64,000 nucleotides of DNA from Bacteroidaceae bacterium (GCA_017555845.1 JAFZFO010000052.1:5542-69541); one strand, 5' to 3'; counted from the first letter of the stretch, positions 38,949 through 48,598 are shown. Program-made: numbers and translations. The notes: generated by a model not told the origin, from the sequence alone.

Positions 38949-41387
38949 ATGAAAGTGATGAAATTCGGCGGAACATCAGTTGGTTCCGTGGAGAGCATAT
39001 TGAGCCTCAAGAAGATTGTTGAGGAGGCTGCAAAAAATGAGCGTGTGATTGTTGTAGTGTCGGCACTTGGCGGCATTACAGACAAACTGATTAAGACCGC
39101 AAACCTGGCGGTCAATGGCGACATGGCATTCAACGATGAGCGCCGTGAGATCTTCATGCGCCACCACCAACTTATAGACACCGTCATCCCCGATGAGGAG
39201 AAGCGCAAGGTGCTGTTGGAGGAGGTTGACATGTTGCTTGGCGAGCTGAACAACATCTATCAGGGACTCGCGCTCATCAACAATATGACACCTAAGTCCG
39301 AGGCCACAATCGTCAGCTATGGCGAGAGGATATCAAGCCGCATCGTCTCTGCACTCATCGAGGGTGCCGTGCGTTTCAATGCCCGCAAGTTCATAAAGAC
39401 CGAGACAAAGCACAAGAAGTATATCCTTGCTGATGACATCACAGACAGACTGATACACGAACACTTTGACGGTTGTGACGAGAGAGTAATCGTTGTTCCG
39501 GGATTCATTGCCCAGGACAAGGACAGCGAGGAGATTACCAACCTTGGACGTGGCGGAAGCGACTACACAGCAGCCATCATCGCAGCGACATTGAACGCAG
39601 ATTGCCTTGAGATATGGACCGACGTGGACGGATTCATGACAGCCGACCCACGCGTAATCAACAATGCATACACCATTGGGCACCTGAGCTACGTTGAAGC
39701 GACAGAGCTCTGCAACTTTGGTGCGAAGGTTGTCTACCCCCCTACAATATATCCGGTATTCAAGGCAAACATCCCAATCAAGATCAAGAACACCTTCAAC
39801 CCCGACGGCGAGGGTACAATAATCGATGCCCACAGCGAGAGTGAAGGCCGCCTCATCAAGGGTATCTCAAGCATCAACGATACCGACCTGCTCACAGTGC
39901 AAGGACTTGGCATGGTGGGTGTGGTAGGTGTGAACCACCGTATCTTCCGTGCGCTTGGCAATGCAGGCATCAGCGTGTTCCTTGTTGCACAGGCATCATC
40001 GGAGAACAGCACATCAATAGGTTTGCGCCACGTAGATGCAGACAAGGCTACCGAGGTACTGAACAAGGAATTCGAGAAAGAGATTTCAATGGGTCTGATG
40101 GAGAGTGTCCGCGCGACAAGCGACCTCTCTACGGTAGCCATTGTCGGCGAAAACATGCGCCACAATGCCGGCATCATCGGCAAGCTGTTCCAGACACTCG
40201 GCCGCAACGGTATCAATGTCATTGCATGTGCCCAGGGTGGTCAGGAGACCAACATCTCATTCGTGATTAAGGCCGACCTGTTGCGCAAGACACTGAACGT
40301 AATCCACGACTCGTTCTTCCTCTCGGAATACAAGGTGCTGAACCTCTTCATCTGCGGAGTGGGAACCGTTGGCGGCAGCCTCATCGAACAGATTGTATCA
40401 CAGCAGGAGACACTGAAGAAAGACCATGGTCTTAAACTGAATATCGTGGGTATTGCCAATAGCCGCAATGCAATCTTCGACCGTGAAGGACTCGACACTA
40501 CAAACTACCGTACAGCCCTGAAGGAGAGCGCACCTAGCAGCATTGAGAAACTGCGCGATGACATCATCGAGATGAACATCTTCAACTCGGTATTCGTGGA
40601 CTGCACGGCAAGCAGCGAGGTGGCGGCGATATACGGCGATCTCCTGTCGCACAACATCAGCGTGGTGGCAGCGAACAAGATTGCAGCATCGGCCGACTAT
40701 GCCACATACAACAACCTCAAGCAGATTGCACGCCAGCGTAACATCAAATACCTGTTTGAGACCAATGTAGGCGCTGGACTACCAATCATCAACACCATAA
40801 ATGACCTCATCAACAGCGGCGACAAGATATTGAAGATTGAGGCTGTGCTCAGCGGCACGCTGAACTTCATATTCAACGTGTTGAGCAAGGATATCCCAAT
40901 GAGTCAGGCTGTGCGTCTTGCACAGGAGAAGGGCTATAGCGAGCCCGACCCACGCATTGACCTTTGCGGCAAGGATGTGATACGCAAGCTCGTCATTCTG
41001 GCACGTGAAGCGGGATACGCAATTGAGCAGAGCGATGTTGATGCCAACCTGTTCATTCCACAGGAGCTATTCGACGGAACGCTCGAGAATTTCTGGGCAA
41101 AGTTGCCACAACTTGACGCACAGTTCGAGGAGGAGCGCAAGAAGCTTGCCGACGAGAAGATGCATTGGCGTTTCATTGCCAAGTACGAGAACGGCAAGGG
41201 AAGTGTCTCGCTATGCAAAGTAAACGAGCGCCATCCTTTCTACCATCTCGAGGGCAGCAACAACATCATCCTGCTGACCACAGAACGCTACAAGGAGTAC
41301 CCTATGCTCATCCAGGGCTATGGTGCCGGAGCCAGCGTTACAGCAGCCGGTGTCTTTGCCGACATCATGCGCATTGCAAATATCTGA
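38949..41387 (+). CDS. thrA: Bifunctional aspartokinase / homoserine dehydrogenase
   Basis: 812 aa. N-terminus MKVMKFGGTSVG (aspartokinase), ACT region, and a C-terminal homoserine dehydrogenase domain (ICGVGTVGG ... GAGLPII ... GILSGTLNFIF-type block VLSGTLNFIF). Confidence 0.95.
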   Translation: MKVMKFGGTSVGSVESILSLKKIVEEAAKNERVIVVVSALGGITDKLIKTANLAVNGDMAFNDERREIFMRHHQLIDTVIPDEEKRKVLLEEVDMLLGELNNIYQGLALINNMTPKSEATIVSYGERISSRIVSALIEGAVRFNARKFIKTETKHKKYILADDITDRLIHEHFDGCDERVIVVPGFIAQDKDSEEITNLGRGGSDYTAAIIAATLNADCLEIWTDVDGFMTADPRVINNAYTIGHLSYVEATELCNFGAKVVYPPTIYPVFKANIPIKIKNTFNPDGEGTIIDAHSESEGRLIKGISSINDTDLLTVQGLGMVGVVGVNHRIFRALGNAGISVFLVAQASSENSTSIGLRHVDADKATEVLNKEFEKEISMGLMESVRATSDLSTVAIVGENMRHNAGIIGKLFQTLGRNGINVIACAQGGQETNISFVIKADLLRKTLNVIHDSFFLSEYKVLNLFICGVGTVGGSLIEQIVSQQETLKKDHGLKLNIVGIANSRNAIFDREGLDTTNYRTALKESAPSSIEKLRDDIIEMNIFNSVFVDCTASSEVAAIYGDLLSHNISVVAANKIAASADYATYNNLKQIARQRNIKYLFETNVGAGLPIINTINDLINSGDKILKIEAVLSGTLNFIFNVLSKDIPMSQAVRLAQEKGYSEPDPRIDLCGKDVIRKLVILAREAGYAIEQSDVDANLFIPQELFDGTLENFWAKLPQLDAQFEEERKKLADEKMHWRFIAKYENGKGSVSLCKVNERHPFYHLEGSNNIILLTTERYKEYPMLIQGYGAGASVTAAGVFADIMRIANI

Positions 41388-41401
41388 TATTGTATAAAAA
41401 C

Positions 41402-41443
41402 ATCACATCGGGCCCGCTCCTTACAGAGCGGGTCCGATGTGAT
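41402..41443. terminator. Bidirectional terminator between thrA and the ECF sigma gene
   Basis: 18-bp stem ATCACATCGGGCCCGCTC/GAGCGGGTCCGATGTGAT (one G-U pair) with a 6-nt loop. Confidence 0.75.
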
Positions 41444-41946
41444 CATTTATAATCCTTCAATAATGCCTGCAACTGCTGGCGAGTGAAGAATATACGGCTC
41501 TTGACCGTACCGAGCGGCAAGCCAAGACGCTCGGCTATCTCACGATATTTGAATCCTGCAATATGCATCAGGAACGGAATACGGTAGTCGCGTGGCAAGC
41601 TATGCACAACACGATAGATCTCTTTTGTATCGTAATCATTGTCGGTAATGTAGTCATCAAGTTCGCGCGGGCTGTTAAGATGGAACAGATTGTCGGTCTG
41701 GTCCACGAATATCTGGTCCCTTACCTCCTTACGGTAGTTATTGATGAAGATGTTGCGCATTATCGTATACACCCAGCCTTTAAAGTTCGTACCCGGGGTA
41801 TACTTCTCCATATTACCCAATGCCTTCAACGATGTTTCCTGCAGCAAATCGTTCGCCTCTTCCCTGTCTGCCGTGAGTTTATAGGCAAAGCGTTGCAGCT
41901 CCGACTGAACCTCAAGCAGCTCTCTCCTGAATTTTGCAGCTTCCAA
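41443..41946 (-). CDS. RNA polymerase ECF-type sigma-70 factor
   Basis: 167 aa with region 2 (DLLQETSLKAL...F.GWVYTIMRNIFINNYRK) and region 4 HTH (YREIAERLGLPLGTVKSRI). Confidence 0.9.
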   Translation of the reverse strand: MEAAKFRRELLEVQSELQRFAYKLTADREEANDLLQETSLKALGNMEKYTPGTNFKGWVYTIMRNIFINNYRKEVRDQIFVDQTDNLFHLNSPRELDDYITDNDYDTKEIYRVVHSLPRDYRIPFLMHIAGFKYREIAERLGLPLGTVKSRIFFTRQQLQALLKDYK

Positions 41947-42117
41947 AATAATCTATGTTTAAATGTTTTTACCGGCAAAATCACCGGCGTATGAACATAT
42001 AACAAAACTCATCGCCGTTTTGTTTTATGCTGTGCAAAAAAATAGAGCCAACATCTGGAAACTGCGCTCTACTTTTTGTATATTCGCACTCAATATTCAA
42101 CAACAGACAACAGATAC

Positions 42118-43350
42118 ATGGTTCTCAATTATATTTGGATTGCTTTTTTCGTACTCTCGTTTGTCATAGCACTTGGCAAACTGATATTCTGGGGAGACAC
42201 GACTGTGTTTACAGAAATGATGACCGCCTGCACAACCACAGCAAAGAGCGCTTTTGAGTTGTCGTTGGGATTGACAGGCGTACTGTCGCTATGGATGGGT
42301 ATCATGAAGATTGGCGAAAAGGGCGGACTTGTAGCTGCGCTGGCAAGATTCCTGAGCCCTGTATTGAGCAAGATTTTCCCCGATGTCCCCAAAGGGCACC
42401 CGGCTATGGGAACAATGTTCATGAATTTCTCGGCTAATATGCTTGGACTGGACAATGCAGCCACCCCCATGGGACTGAAGGCCATGCAGGAGCTGCAGGA
42501 GCTGAACCCAAAGAAGGACACGGCAAGCAACCCGATGATAATGTTCCTTGTACTGAACACCTCGGGATTGACACTGATACCCGTGTCGGTACTGACATTC
42601 CGCACGGAGATGGGAGCTGCGAACCCGACAGACATATTCCTGCCCATACTCCTGGCCACTACTGTAGCAACACTGATGGGACTTATTGTAACAAGCATCT
42701 ACCAACGCATAAACCTTTTCAACAGGACCATGCTGCTGTTCATTCTTGGAGTGTGCCTTTTCATTGCGGGCGGCACATGGGGCATGATGCAACTGTCACA
42801 AGTACGTATTGAAGCACTCTCCACTTCACTTGCCGGAGTAACCCTATTCTCAATAATCATACTGTTCATACTTGCCGGAGTAAAAGCAAGAATAAACGTA
42901 TACGAAGCATTCATTGAGGGTGCAAAGGATGGATTCGGCACAGCAGTACGCATCATTCCCTACCTCATTGCAATATTGGTTGCCATTGGAGTATTCCGCG
43001 CGTCGGGAGGAATGGATGTAATCATGGACGGCATAGCATGGTGTGCGAATGCCATGGGAGCCGGCACAGATTTTGTTGGGGCAATGCCGACTGCAATCAT
43101 GAAACCATTGAGCGGCAGCGGCGCACGTGGAATGATGGTCGATGCCATGAACACATACGGAGCCGACTCATTTGCCGGACGTCTCGCATGTATCTTCCAA
43201 GGTGCTACAGACACTACATTCTACATACTTGCCGTCTATTTCGGCAGCGTGGGAATAAAGAAGACACGCCACGCGCTGACCTGCGGCCTGCTTGCAGATC
43301 TCGCAGGAATAATTGCCGCAATAGTAGTGGGATATATTTTCTTTAAATAA
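42118..43350 (+). CDS. Nucleoside-recognition (Gate) domain membrane protein, SpmA/SpmB-like fusion
   Basis: Starts MVLNYIWIAFFVLSFVIA. It is polytopic with two Gate-like halves (GLTGVLSLWMGIMKIGEKGG and FIEGAKDGF....IIPYLIAILV). Confidence 0.75.
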   Translation: MVLNYIWIAFFVLSFVIALGKLIFWGDTTVFTEMMTACTTTAKSAFELSLGLTGVLSLWMGIMKIGEKGGLVAALARFLSPVLSKIFPDVPKGHPAMGTMFMNFSANMLGLDNAATPMGLKAMQELQELNPKKDTASNPMIMFLVLNTSGLTLIPVSVLTFRTEMGAANPTDIFLPILLATTVATLMGLIVTSIYQRINLFNRTMLLFILGVCLFIAGGTWGMMQLSQVRIEALSTSLAGVTLFSIIILFILAGVKARINVYEAFIEGAKDGFGTAVRIIPYLIAILVAIGVFRASGGMDVIMDGIAWCANAMGAGTDFVGAMPTAIMKPLSGSGARGMMVDAMNTYGADSFAGRLACIFQGATDTTFYILAVYFGSVGIKKTRHALTCGLLADLAGIIAAIVVGYIFFK

Positions 43351-43447
43351 GACATTTTCGCCCACAGTGAAAAATATTGAAGCAAACTTCGTATTTCTTA
43401 CTTGCGTATTCGTATCTTTATACAGAAACCGATAAAACATCAATAAT

Positions 43448-43858
43448 ATGATAAGCTACCAGACCGAGGGCGTAAAGATGCCCGCAATAAAGAGGAGAGA
43501 GACAACCGCATGGATAAAGGCCGTTGCGGCTTCATATGGCAAGAAGGTTGGAGATATTGCCTACATTTTCTGCGATGATGAAAAGATCCTTGAGGTAAAC
43601 CGTGAGTACCTGCAGCACGACTATTACACCGACATCATCACTTTCGACTATTGTGAGGAGGATGTTATAAGTGGTGACCTTTTCATCTCGTTGGATACCG
43701 TGCGAAGCAACAGCGAGCAGGTTGGCGCCACATATGAGCAGGAACTGCATCGCGTGATCATACACGGCATCCTTCACCTGTGTGGCATCAACGACAAGGG
43801 CGAGGGTGAACGTGAGATTATGGAAGCCTGCGAGAACAAGGCACTGGCCATGAGATAA
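43448..43858 (+). CDS. ybeY: rRNA maturation RNase YbeY
   Basis: 136 aa with the zinc motif HRVIIHGILHLCGINDK. Confidence 0.93.
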   Translation: MISYQTEGVKMPAIKRRETTAWIKAVAASYGKKVGDIAYIFCDDEKILEVNREYLQHDYYTDIITFDYCEEDVISGDLFISLDTVRSNSEQVGATYEQELHRVIIHGILHLCGINDKGEGEREIMEACENKALAMR

Positions 43859-43865
43859 AAAATAC

Positions 43866-43898
43866 CGGTTCATAAATCCCTGCAGGAGTTATGAACCG
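43866..43898. terminator. Bidirectional terminator between ybeY and the M20 peptidase gene
   Basis: 10-bp stem CGGTTCATAA/TTATGAACCG, flanked by an A-run upstream and TTTATTTT downstream. Confidence 0.65.
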
Positions 43899-43921
43899 TT
43901 TATTTTGTTGTCTCAATAAGG

Positions 43922-44998
43922 TTACAGCTTCAAGCCATCGAGCAACGTACAGAACTTTTCTATGCCGTCACGAATTTCGCTGATAAGGACATACTCATCG
44001 GCAGTGTGTGAACGCGCTGTATCACCGGGGCCCATTTTCAATGTCGGAATACCGCCGACCAATGCCTGGTTCGACAGCGTCGGCGAGCCATAAGGCACAC
44101 AACCCATTGCAACGGCACGTTGCACAAGAGGATGTTCCAATGAGATGAAAGAAGAGTTGAGCCTTGTCGAACGCGCAGTGACATTGCTGCCGACATTCGA
44201 TTTTATCATATCCAGCAGTTCCTGGTTCGAGTAGCATTCATTGCTGCGCACATCCACTACATAGTTGCATTTGTCGGGGATTACATTGTGCTGTGTACCG
44301 GCATTTATTTGGGTGACGGTCATTTTTACATCGCCCAAAAGTTCCGATGTTCTTGTGCAATTATGCGTGCGGAACCACTCAATGTCGGCTATTGCCTTGT
44401 ATAGCGCATTCACTCCCTCGTTGCGGGCAGCATGTCCCGAAACGCCTTCGGCCACACAATCGAGCACCATCAGTCCCTTCTCGGCAACTGCAGGCTGCAT
44501 AGATGTCGGTTCGCCCATTATGGCGCAGTTTAAGGCTGGAAGATGCGGCAGAACGGCTTCAATACCGTTTGCACCCGACACCTCTTCCTCGGCCGATGCA
44601 AGGAATATCGTATTATACTTCTGCGGTTTCTGACATATCTGATAGAAGACCTGCAACAGAGTGACCAACGAAGCGCCATCATCATTGGTTCCCAGACCAT
44701 AGATGACATCGCCCTCGACAATGGGTGTGAAAGGATGCTTGTTCCAGCCACTGACCGGCTTTACCGTGTCGATATGGGCGTCGAGCAACAATGTGGGGCG
44801 CGAGGCATCAAACCCGGGCGCAACACACCACAAGTTATTGAGATGACGGCGCACATCGCACTTTACCGGAGCACCGCGCTCAATAAAGAGTTGCAGCTTA
44901 TCGGTCGCCTCACCTTCCTCGCGGCTGATTGATGGTGTACTGACAAGAACCTTCAACAGCTCAACAGCCTGCTTGACATTCGCTTCATTTACTTTCAT
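43922..44998 (-). CDS. M20-family metallohydrolase (ArgE/DapE-like deacylase)
   Basis: LLKVLVSTPSISREEG, LLLDAHIDTV, ASAEEEVSG, and a dimerisation-domain pattern. Start set at MKVNEANVKQ (44998). The ORF extends to 45082. Confidence 0.85.
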   Translation of the reverse strand: MKVNEANVKQAVELLKVLVSTPSISREEGEATDKLQLFIERGAPVKCDVRRHLNNLWCVAPGFDASRPTLLLDAHIDTVKPVSGWNKHPFTPIVEGDVIYGLGTNDDGASLVTLLQVFYQICQKPQKYNTIFLASAEEEVSGANGIEAVLPHLPALNCAIMGEPTSMQPAVAEKGLMVLDCVAEGVSGHAARNEGVNALYKAIADIEWFRTHNCTRTSELLGDVKMTVTQINAGTQHNVIPDKCNYVVDVRSNECYSNQELLDMIKSNVGSNVTARSTRLNSSFISLEHPLVQRAVAMGCVPYGSPTLSNQALVGGIPTLKMGPGDTARSHTADEYVLISEIRDGIEKFCTLLDGLKL

Positions 44999-45180
44999 AA
45001 AAACAAATCCTTTCGGTACAAAGGTACAACAGCAAGCCCCATCTGCAAAATGAGACAAGGGGAATTTATCAACAGCAGGCAATTATACGGTTCCAAAACA
45101 GCCTTTACACGCGTATACTCTTGCGTATTTTTGAATATCGTTGTATCTTCGCGCAATAATTAATAGATAACACAATAGAG

Positions 45181-46296
45181 ATGATTACAGCCGACCAGTT
45201 GAAGGACATCAAGGAGCGCACAGCCGCCCTTAAGCAATACCTTGCCATTGACGAAAAGATTATACAGGTTGAGGAGGAACAGCTCCGCACCCAGGCCCCA
45301 GGTTTTTGGGACGACGCAAAGAAAGCCGAAGCACAGATGAAGAAAGTAAAGGCTCTTCAGGCGTGGATCGAGGGTTACAAGGAGGTCAACAACCGTACCG
45401 AGGAGACCGAGATGGCAATGGAGCTTTTCCGTGAAGAGATGGTTGATGAGCATGAGGTTGATGATGCATATGCACGCGCATTGACAGCCATTGAGGAACT
45501 TGAACTCAAGAATATGCTCCGCGGCGAGGCCGATGACATGGACTGTGTGCTGAAAATCAACTCCGGCGCCGGTGGTACCGAGGCTCAGGACTGGGCAAGC
45601 ATGCTCATGCGTATGTATATGCGTTGGGCCGAGTCTAACGGCTATAAGGTGGCAGTTGCCAACCTTCAGGAAGCCGAGGATGCGGGTATCAAGACCGTAA
45701 CACTCGAGTTGCAGGGCCCTTATGCCTATGGTTATCTCAAAGGCGAGAACGGTGTGCACCGTCTGGTGCGCGTGAGCCCATACAACGCACAGGGCAAGCG
45801 AATGACATCGTTCAGTTCGGTATTCGTGACTCCACTTGTCGATGACAGCATTGAGGTTGTAATTGAGCCTGCGCGCATATCATGGGACACATTCCGAAGC
45901 GGTGGTGCCGGTGGACAGAACGTGAACAAGGTGGAATCGGGTGTACGCTTGCGTTACCAGTTCAAGGACCCATACACAGGAGCCGAGGAGGAGATTCTCA
46001 TTGAGAACACCGAGACCCGTGACCAGCCCAAGAACAAGGAGAATGCCATGCGCCAGTTGCGTTCAATCCTCTACAATAAGGAGATGCAGCACCGCATGGA
46101 AGAGCAGGCAAAGGTCGAGGCCGGCAAGAAGAAGATTGAGTGGGGTTCACAGATTCGCAGCTACGTCTTCGATGACCGCCGCGTGAAGGATCACCGTACA
46201 GGCTACCAGACATCTGACGTGAACGGCGTGATGGACGGTAAGATCGACGGCTTCGTGAAGGCATACCTGATGGAATTTGCCGATAAGGGAGAGTAA
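45181..46296 (+). CDS. prfB: Peptide chain release factor 2, encoded in a single uninterrupted frame
   Basis: 371 aa with GGQ (RSGGAGGQNVNKVES), the RF2-type stop-recognition loop (here RVSPYNAQGKRMTSF), and C-terminal WGSQIRSYVFDD. There is no in-frame TGA at the usual YL* site. Confidence 0.93.
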   Translation: MITADQLKDIKERTAALKQYLAIDEKIIQVEEEQLRTQAPGFWDDAKKAEAQMKKVKALQAWIEGYKEVNNRTEETEMAMELFREEMVDEHEVDDAYARALTAIEELELKNMLRGEADDMDCVLKINSGAGGTEAQDWASMLMRMYMRWAESNGYKVAVANLQEAEDAGIKTVTLELQGPYAYGYLKGENGVHRLVRVSPYNAQGKRMTSFSSVFVTPLVDDSIEVVIEPARISWDTFRSGGAGGQNVNKVESGVRLRYQFKDPYTGAEEEILIENTETRDQPKNKENAMRQLRSILYNKEMQHRMEEQAKVEAGKKKIEWGSQIRSYVFDDRRVKDHRTGYQTSDVNGVMDGKIDGFVKAYLMEFADKGE

Positions 46297-46390
46297 TAAA
46301 AAACGGAAAACTGAAAGCGGAAAGGTGAAAGGTGAAAACAACTAACTACGGCTTTACGTTTTCCGATTTAACCTTTCACCTTAAAAAAAC

Positions 46391-46858
46391 ATGCTTGAGA
46401 TAGAAAGAAAATTCATTGTCACGAGCGACAGCTACAAGGCATTGGCCTTCAGGAGTGACCGCATAGCACAGGGATATATCTGTCGCGAAGGCGGCAACTC
46501 GGCTCGCGTAAGAGTACGTGGAAACAAAGGCTACATAACCATAAAAGGTCCTTCTTTGGATGGCGGTCTGAGCCGCTTCGAGTGGGAAAAGGAGATACCC
46601 GTAGATGAGGCGTTGGAGCTGTTGAAACTGTGTCATGACGGCATCATAGACAAGATACGTTACCTTGTGAAGTGTGGAGCCCACACATTCGAGGTCGATG
46701 AATTCTTTGGCGACAACGAGGGTCTGACGGTTGCAGAGGTTGAACTGGGAGATGCCAATGAAGAGTTTGAAAAACCCGATTTCATTGGAGAGGAAGTAAC
46801 CGGCGACAAGCGCTACTACAACTCAAGGCTCACACGCTTTCCATACAAGAGCTGGTAA
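46391..46858 (+). CDS. CYTH domain protein (CyaB/ThTPase-like triphosphate tunnel metalloenzyme)
   Basis: 155 aa starting MLEIERKFIV (the ExExK motif), with RVRVRG.K.YITIKG and AEVEL. Confidence 0.85.
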   Translation: MLEIERKFIVTSDSYKALAFRSDRIAQGYICREGGNSARVRVRGNKGYITIKGPSLDGGLSRFEWEKEIPVDEALELLKLCHDGIIDKIRYLVKCGAHTFEVDEFFGDNEGLTVAEVELGDANEEFEKPDFIGEEVTGDKRYYNSRLTRFPYKSW

Positions 46859-46862
46859 GAAA

Positions 46863-47303
46863 TCAGTTCCTGCTGCGCCTTGCCATATAAGGGCGGGTCA
46901 CGAAAAGGCTGAAGAACAATGCCGCGACAACACCCGCCGTATTGTACACGAAGTCTTCCATATCTCCGGTCCTGTACGATGTCAGAAGATATTGAAGATA
47001 CTCCATCAATCCACTGAACAATATCGGTACAATCACGGCAAAAATTGCCATAAAGACCTTGCCCGGCTTCATGGTTATCTTGAAATTCTCGTACCAGAAC
47101 ACTGCACACAACATAAAGTACATGGCAAAATGCACAAGTTTGTCAGTACCAACAGGCATACTCTTGCGCTCAAGTCCCATTGGTTTGTAGAATGTCAGAA
47201 ACAGTATAAGGACCAGTGTCAACAGTGTCAACATATACTGTTTCAGCAGAATTGATATCATCTTCATCATATAGTTTATCTTGCAAATACAAAGAAGTAA
47301 CAA
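46863..47303 (-). CDS. VanZ family membrane protein
   Basis: GTDKLVHFAMYFMLCAVFW and DFVYNTAGVVAALFF motifs, with four helices. The start is ambiguous (Met codons at 47303, 47270 and 47261). Confidence 0.75.
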   Translation of the reverse strand: MLLLCICKINYMMKMISILLKQYMLTLLTLVLILFLTFYKPMGLERKSMPVGTDKLVHFAMYFMLCAVFWYENFKITMKPGKVFMAIFAVIVPILFSGLMEYLQYLLTSYRTGDMEDFVYNTAGVVAALFFSLFVTRPYMARRSRN

Positions 47304-47385
47304 CTTTATTTATAACTTTGCTACAGAATTGCAGACAAAAATAGTGCAAGAATTCATATTTGTGACACTTTTATGAAAAAATAAC

Positions 47386-47484
47386 ATGAAGGACTTTTTC
47401 TACTTTACCAAAGGACAAAGGAGAGGCATACTGTTTTTTGTCGTGCTTATAATTATTGCAGTTTTGATGAAATGGGGCATATAA
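47386..47484 (+). CDS. 32-codon ORF (MKDFFYFTKGQRRGILFFVVLIIIAVLMKWGI): small membrane peptide or N-terminal remnant of a ComEA-like gene
   Basis: It is below the ORF-track length cut-off and was translated by hand. A TAACTTTG -7 box at 47313-47320 precedes it. From memory, the peptide resembles the N-terminus of Bacteroidales helix-hairpin-helix (ComEA-like) proteins. Confidence 0.3.
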   Translation: MKDFFYFTKGQRRGILFFVVLIIIAVLMKWGI

Positions 47485-47521
47485 AAAGGAAATTAAATTT
47501 TCAATTGACCTTTTCATGCAC

Positions 47522-47529
47522 TATTTTTG
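47522..47529 (+). promoter_or_regulatory. -7 promoter box TATTTTTG for ruvB
   Basis: Exact TAnnTTTG match, 42 bp upstream of the ATG at 47571. Confidence 0.5.
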
Positions 47530-47570
47530 CATAAAGAATAATCTTATTTGGAATAAAACAACTACAATAT

Positions 47571-48590
47571 ATGAGCGGAGATTTCAACATTCGCGGCAAG
47601 AACAGCGACAAGGAGTTCGAGAATGCATTGCGTCCGCTGTCTTTCCCGGATTTCAACGGTCAGGAAAAGATTGTGAGCAACCTCAAGATTTTTGTCCAGG
47701 CCGCAAAGATGCGTGGCGAGTCACTCGACCACGTACTGCTCCACGGCCCCCCGGGACTTGGAAAGACAACATTGAGCAACATCATCGCCAATGAATTGGG
47801 AGTGGGATTCAAGGTTACATCGGGTCCTGTACTCGACAAGCCCGGCGATCTTGCCGGCATCCTCACTTCGTTGGAGCCCAATGACGTGCTGTTCATTGAT
47901 GAGATACATCGCCTCTCGCCCATTGTAGAGGAGTATCTCTACTCGGCAATGGAGGATTACCGCATAGATATCCTCATTGACAAAGGCCCGTCGGCACGCT
48001 CAATACAGATTGACCTGAACCCTTTCACATTGATTGGAGCCACAACACGAAGCGGATTGCTTACAGCTCCGTTGCGTGCACGTTTCGGCATAAACATGCA
48101 CCTTGAATACTATGACAGCAAGACACTGGCCGGCATCATCGGACGCTCTGCGCAGATTCTTGGCGTGTCGTTCGACGAGGATGCCACATACGAGATTGCG
48201 CGCCGTAGCCGCGGAACGCCACGTATCGCCAACGCACTGCTGCGCCGTGTAAGGGATTTTGCACAGGTCATGGGCGACGGACACATAACAAACGGCATTG
48301 CAAAGATGGCGCTCGAGGCACTGAACATTGACAAGTATGGACTCGATGAGATTGACAACAAGATTCTCTGTACCATAATCGACAAGTTCAAGGGTGGTCC
48401 TGTGGGTATTGGCACAATAGCCACAGCGCTCAGCGAGGACACCGGAACTATAGAGGAGGTTTATGAGCCTTATCTAATCAAGGAGGGATTCATCAAGCGT
48501 ACCCCACGAGGTCGCGAGGTAACCGACCTTGCATACAAGCATCTCGGCAAGAGCCGCTTCAACAACAACGAACAAGGTACACTATTCTAA
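47571..48590 (+). CDS. ruvB: Holliday junction branch migration helicase RuvB
   Basis: 339 aa with LRP..F.DF.GQEK, Walker [11 protein letters not shown], Walker [10 protein letters not shown], and sensor [15 protein letters not shown]. Confidence 0.97.
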   Translation: MSGDFNIRGKNSDKEFENALRPLSFPDFNGQEKIVSNLKIFVQAAKMRGESLDHVLLHGPPGLGKTTLSNIIANELGVGFKVTSGPVLDKPGDLAGILTSLEPNDVLFIDEIHRLSPIVEEYLYSAMEDYRIDILIDKGPSARSIQIDLNPFTLIGATTRSGLLTAPLRARFGINMHLEYYDSKTLAGIIGRSAQILGVSFDEDATYEIARRSRGTPRIANALLRRVRDFAQVMGDGHITNGIAKMALEALNIDKYGLDEIDNKILCTIIDKFKGGPVGIGTIATALSEDTGTIEEVYEPYLIKEGFIKRTPRGREVTDLAYKHLGKSRFNNNEQGTLF

Positions 48591-48598
48591 GACACAAG

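Noticed and set aside
45181-45300. Programmed +1 frameshift site in prfB.
   Set aside because: There is no in-frame UGA and no CUU UGA motif. The reading frame is continuous from the ATG at 45181, so the gene is a non-frameshifting RF2.
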